DNA from: Tubulanus polymorphus
Taxonomy: Eukaryota; Animalia; Nemertea
DNA length: 64,000 bases
NCBI RefSeq assembly: GCF_964204645.1
Contig: NC_134034.1
Location: 13,219,062 to 13,283,061 of the forward strand
Direction of reading: 5' to 3'
In this document: piece after piece, positions 62,301-64,000 of the stretch
Numbering within the stretch: position 1 is the first letter of the stretch
Layout of the letters: every line of letters begins with the position of its first letter
Translations under genes and position numbers: made by a program
Notes under the pieces: model-generated
What the model was told of the DNA's origin: nothing
Database searches by the model: none
Seen by the model: only the letters and a program-made list of their open reading frames with translations

Positions 62301-63936
62301 TCACTAAAATCTGTAATTAGATATCGTAATCACTAAAACCTGTAATTAGACATCATAATCACTAAAACCTGTAATTAGATATCATAATCACTAAAACCTG
62401 TAATTAGATATCGTAATCGCTAAAACCTGTAATTAGATATCATAATCACTAAAACCTGTAATTAGATATCATAATCACTAAAACCTGTAATTAGATATCG
62501 TAATCACTAAAACCTGTAATTAGTGACGTTTAGATTCAATTCTATAAGCCATTTTCTAATACTAAGAAAGTAGGGACGTTCAGAAATTCAACTCTATGAG
62601 CCGTATCTATAATAGGTTTTGAAAATGGGTCTTTGAATTGAGTTTAAACGTCACTACTCTCTTAGTTTTGAAAATGTCTCATAGAAATGAATCTCAACGT
62701 CACTAGTCTCTTAGTTACTGAAAATGTCCCATAGAATTGAATCTAAACGTCACTACTCTCTTAGTTACTGAAAATATCCCATAGAATTGAATCTAAACGT
62801 CACTACTCTCTTAGTTACTGAAAATGTCTCATAGAAATGAATCTAAACGTCACTACTCTCTTAGTTTTTGAATCTTACCGGCGATGAAAATGATGATCGT
62901 AACTTGTGTTGCTGAATAGCCCGTGCCCCGGATGACAAGGTTGTCGCCTAGTTTTGGATGTCTTTTCGAATATTGTTTAAAAACTTTGAATAGTTCGTTC
63001 ATATATGAGTCCAGACTGAACTTTCTAGCGTTATCCATCGACATCGTCGAGTCCAGAGTACTGGCCATGAAAGTCAGTACTCCTAAAAACGCTAGGTACA
63101 TGATCACGTGACCGACGAATTTCAGATGCGGTATGCGCATCCACGTTTCAATCTGGGGAAAAAAATAGAAATAAATTAACTTGATGGCAACAATTCTTAA
63201 AACCTGGTAACATCACACCACGTCCCTCCCTCAATAGGGATTCGAACCTGATAGCATCGCGAGACCCTGCCTCGTTCCTTCCTAGCAGTGATTCGAACCT
63301 GATGGCATCGCGAGACTCTGCCACGTCCCTCCCTCGGCAGGGGATTCGAACCTGATGGCATCGCGAAACCCTGCCTCGTTCCTTCCTACCAGGGATTCGA
63401 ACCTGATGGCATCGTGAGACCCTGTCACGCCCCTCCCTCGCCAGGGGATTCGAACCTGATGGCATCGCGAGACCCTGCCTCGTTCCTTCCTAGCAGGGAT
63501 TCGAACCTGATGGCATCGCGAGACCCTGCCTCGTTCCTTCCTAGCAGGGATTCGAACCTGATGGCATCGCGAGACCCTGCCACGTCCCTCCCTCGGCAGG
63601 GATCCGAAAAATGAAAGCATCACGAGTCTCCGCTACGTTGGGTTTTCTCTAGTCACTTGGCATCAGCATATTCAACATAGGACATAATGGCCTCTTGGTC
63701 CTGTAAGGCACCTAGTCACAAATGATTCTGTACACAATAGACGGTATTACATTATTAAATTAGATAACACTTACCCGCGTTCGAGGAAACAGTATATACA
63801 GTATACAAAGCACGGGATACGACACAGCGTAACATAGCCATACTAACGCCAGTTTCGGCCATGAATTAGAAATATCGAGTAACGGTCCCATCCATTTCGT
63901 TTCCAAGACCTGTTGACACGAGGCATGCGCGACGAA
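56367..63936 (-). CDS. TRPC-like: TRPC-like (short transient receptor potential) cation channel, 3' ten exons; 5' part outside the window
   Basis: complement(join(56367..56450,57419..57535,58104..58289,59114..59318,59945..60102,60609..60760,61710..61812,62113..62252,62879..63152,63775..63936)); all GT-AG with consistent phases. Motifs: FVAH..CQQ.L...W, P..KF..H, LLWQEIKQ, RNWMDF, DP, GPLQI, LFWSIFG pore, NMLIALMS, EWKFA TRP box, PFNLIPS. The last two exons are less certain. Confidence 0.9.
56559..56895. mobile_element. Nested Harbinger-type MITEs (inner 56635-56860 with an internal 27-bp tandem expansion)
   Basis: Outer TIR GGTTTTATAGACTGG/CCAGTCTATAAAACC with CTG flanks; inner TIR CCGGTTCCATAGTCAAGAC/GTCTTGACTATGCAGCCGG. 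Confidence 0.75.
57064..57297. mobile_element. MITE, reverse-complement copy of 11449-11761
   Basis: AAT-AGCCGCGACCACAC...GTGTGATCGCGGCT-AAT; shared interior. Confidence 0.85.
57672..57937 (+). mobile_element. Penelope-like pLTR remnant: 88-bp inverted arms carrying two tandem minimal hammerhead motifs
   Basis: Arms 57672-57759 and 57850-57937 differ by one mismatch; UAUUC-CUGAAGA-U-GACUA..UAGUC-GAAA-CG-UU-GAA(A)UA at ~57765 and ~57834. Confidence 0.7.
58401..59032. repeat. 38-bp tandem repeat (CTGTAGAGTTAAAGTAATTGAAAATGAACTGATTTTGA), ~16 copies
   Basis: Direct reading. Confidence 0.97.
59597..59743. repeat. 20-21-bp G-rich minisatellite (GGGAGGGGAGTAGTCTGTCA) x7
   Basis: Direct reading. 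Confidence 0.95.
60251..60389. mobile_element. Harbinger-type MITE, reverse-complement copy of 4094-4226
   Basis: CAG TSD; shared interior GACTTAAGACCAGTCTAAGACC. Confidence 0.8.
60924..61667 (+). repeat. 77-bp satellite (~9.6 copies), each unit with B-box GGTTCAAATCC
   Basis: GTGACAGAGTCT recurs at 60924, 61001, 61078 ... 61617. Confidence 0.97.
62248..62523. repeat. 29-bp tandem repeat (TAAAACCTGTAATTAGATATCATAATCAC), ~9.5 copies, overlapping a TRPC splice acceptor
   Basis: CTG recurs at 62253, 62282 ... 62514. Confidence 0.97.
62521..62866. repeat. Inverted-repeat element with a 50-bp tandem expansion of its right end
   Basis: TAGTGACGTTTAGATTCAATTCTA at 62521 is the reverse complement of the unit repeated ~4.5 times at 62640-62866. 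Confidence 0.85.
63220..63605 (-). repeat. 51/53-bp tandem repeat (~7.5 copies), each unit with B-box GGTTCGAATC(C) on the minus strand
   Basis: GATTCGAACCTGAT at 63239, 63290, 63343, 63394, 63447, 63498, 63549. Confidence 0.95.
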
Positions 63937-64000
63937 CTGCGACACAAGTTGAGAATTTATGAAAGAAAAGTAAAATCACCTGGGTTTTTATTTCAATGAC

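Overview
Animal (bilaterian invertebrate, probably lophotrochozoan; inferred) genomic DNA with spliced genes and no obvious CpG depletion. Five protein-coding genes were reconstructed by hand from GT-AG junctions: ZC3H10 (+, intronless CDS), a 15-exon SLC23/NAT transporter (+), an uncharacterised 1168-aa Q-rich Zn-finger/AT-hook nuclear protein (-), a 3-exon core-2/I-branching GCNT glycosyltransferase (-), and the 3' ten exons of a divergent TRPC-like channel (-, runs off the right end). There is one tRNA-Lys(UUU). A ~19-kb non-coding interval (26.9-46.3 kb) carries homotypic motif clusters (seven co-oriented CTCF-like sites, RFX X-boxes, nuclear-receptor half-sites). The repeat landscape is the most unusual part. 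It includes Penelope-type minimal hammerhead ribozymes inside small inverted-repeat elements, a palindromic element whose two arms look tRNA-derived and which seeded B-box satellites, several other satellites traceable to MITE segments, and a tandem repeat that copies a real splice acceptor ten times. All coordinates were read by eye and may be off by a few bases; no database searches were run.
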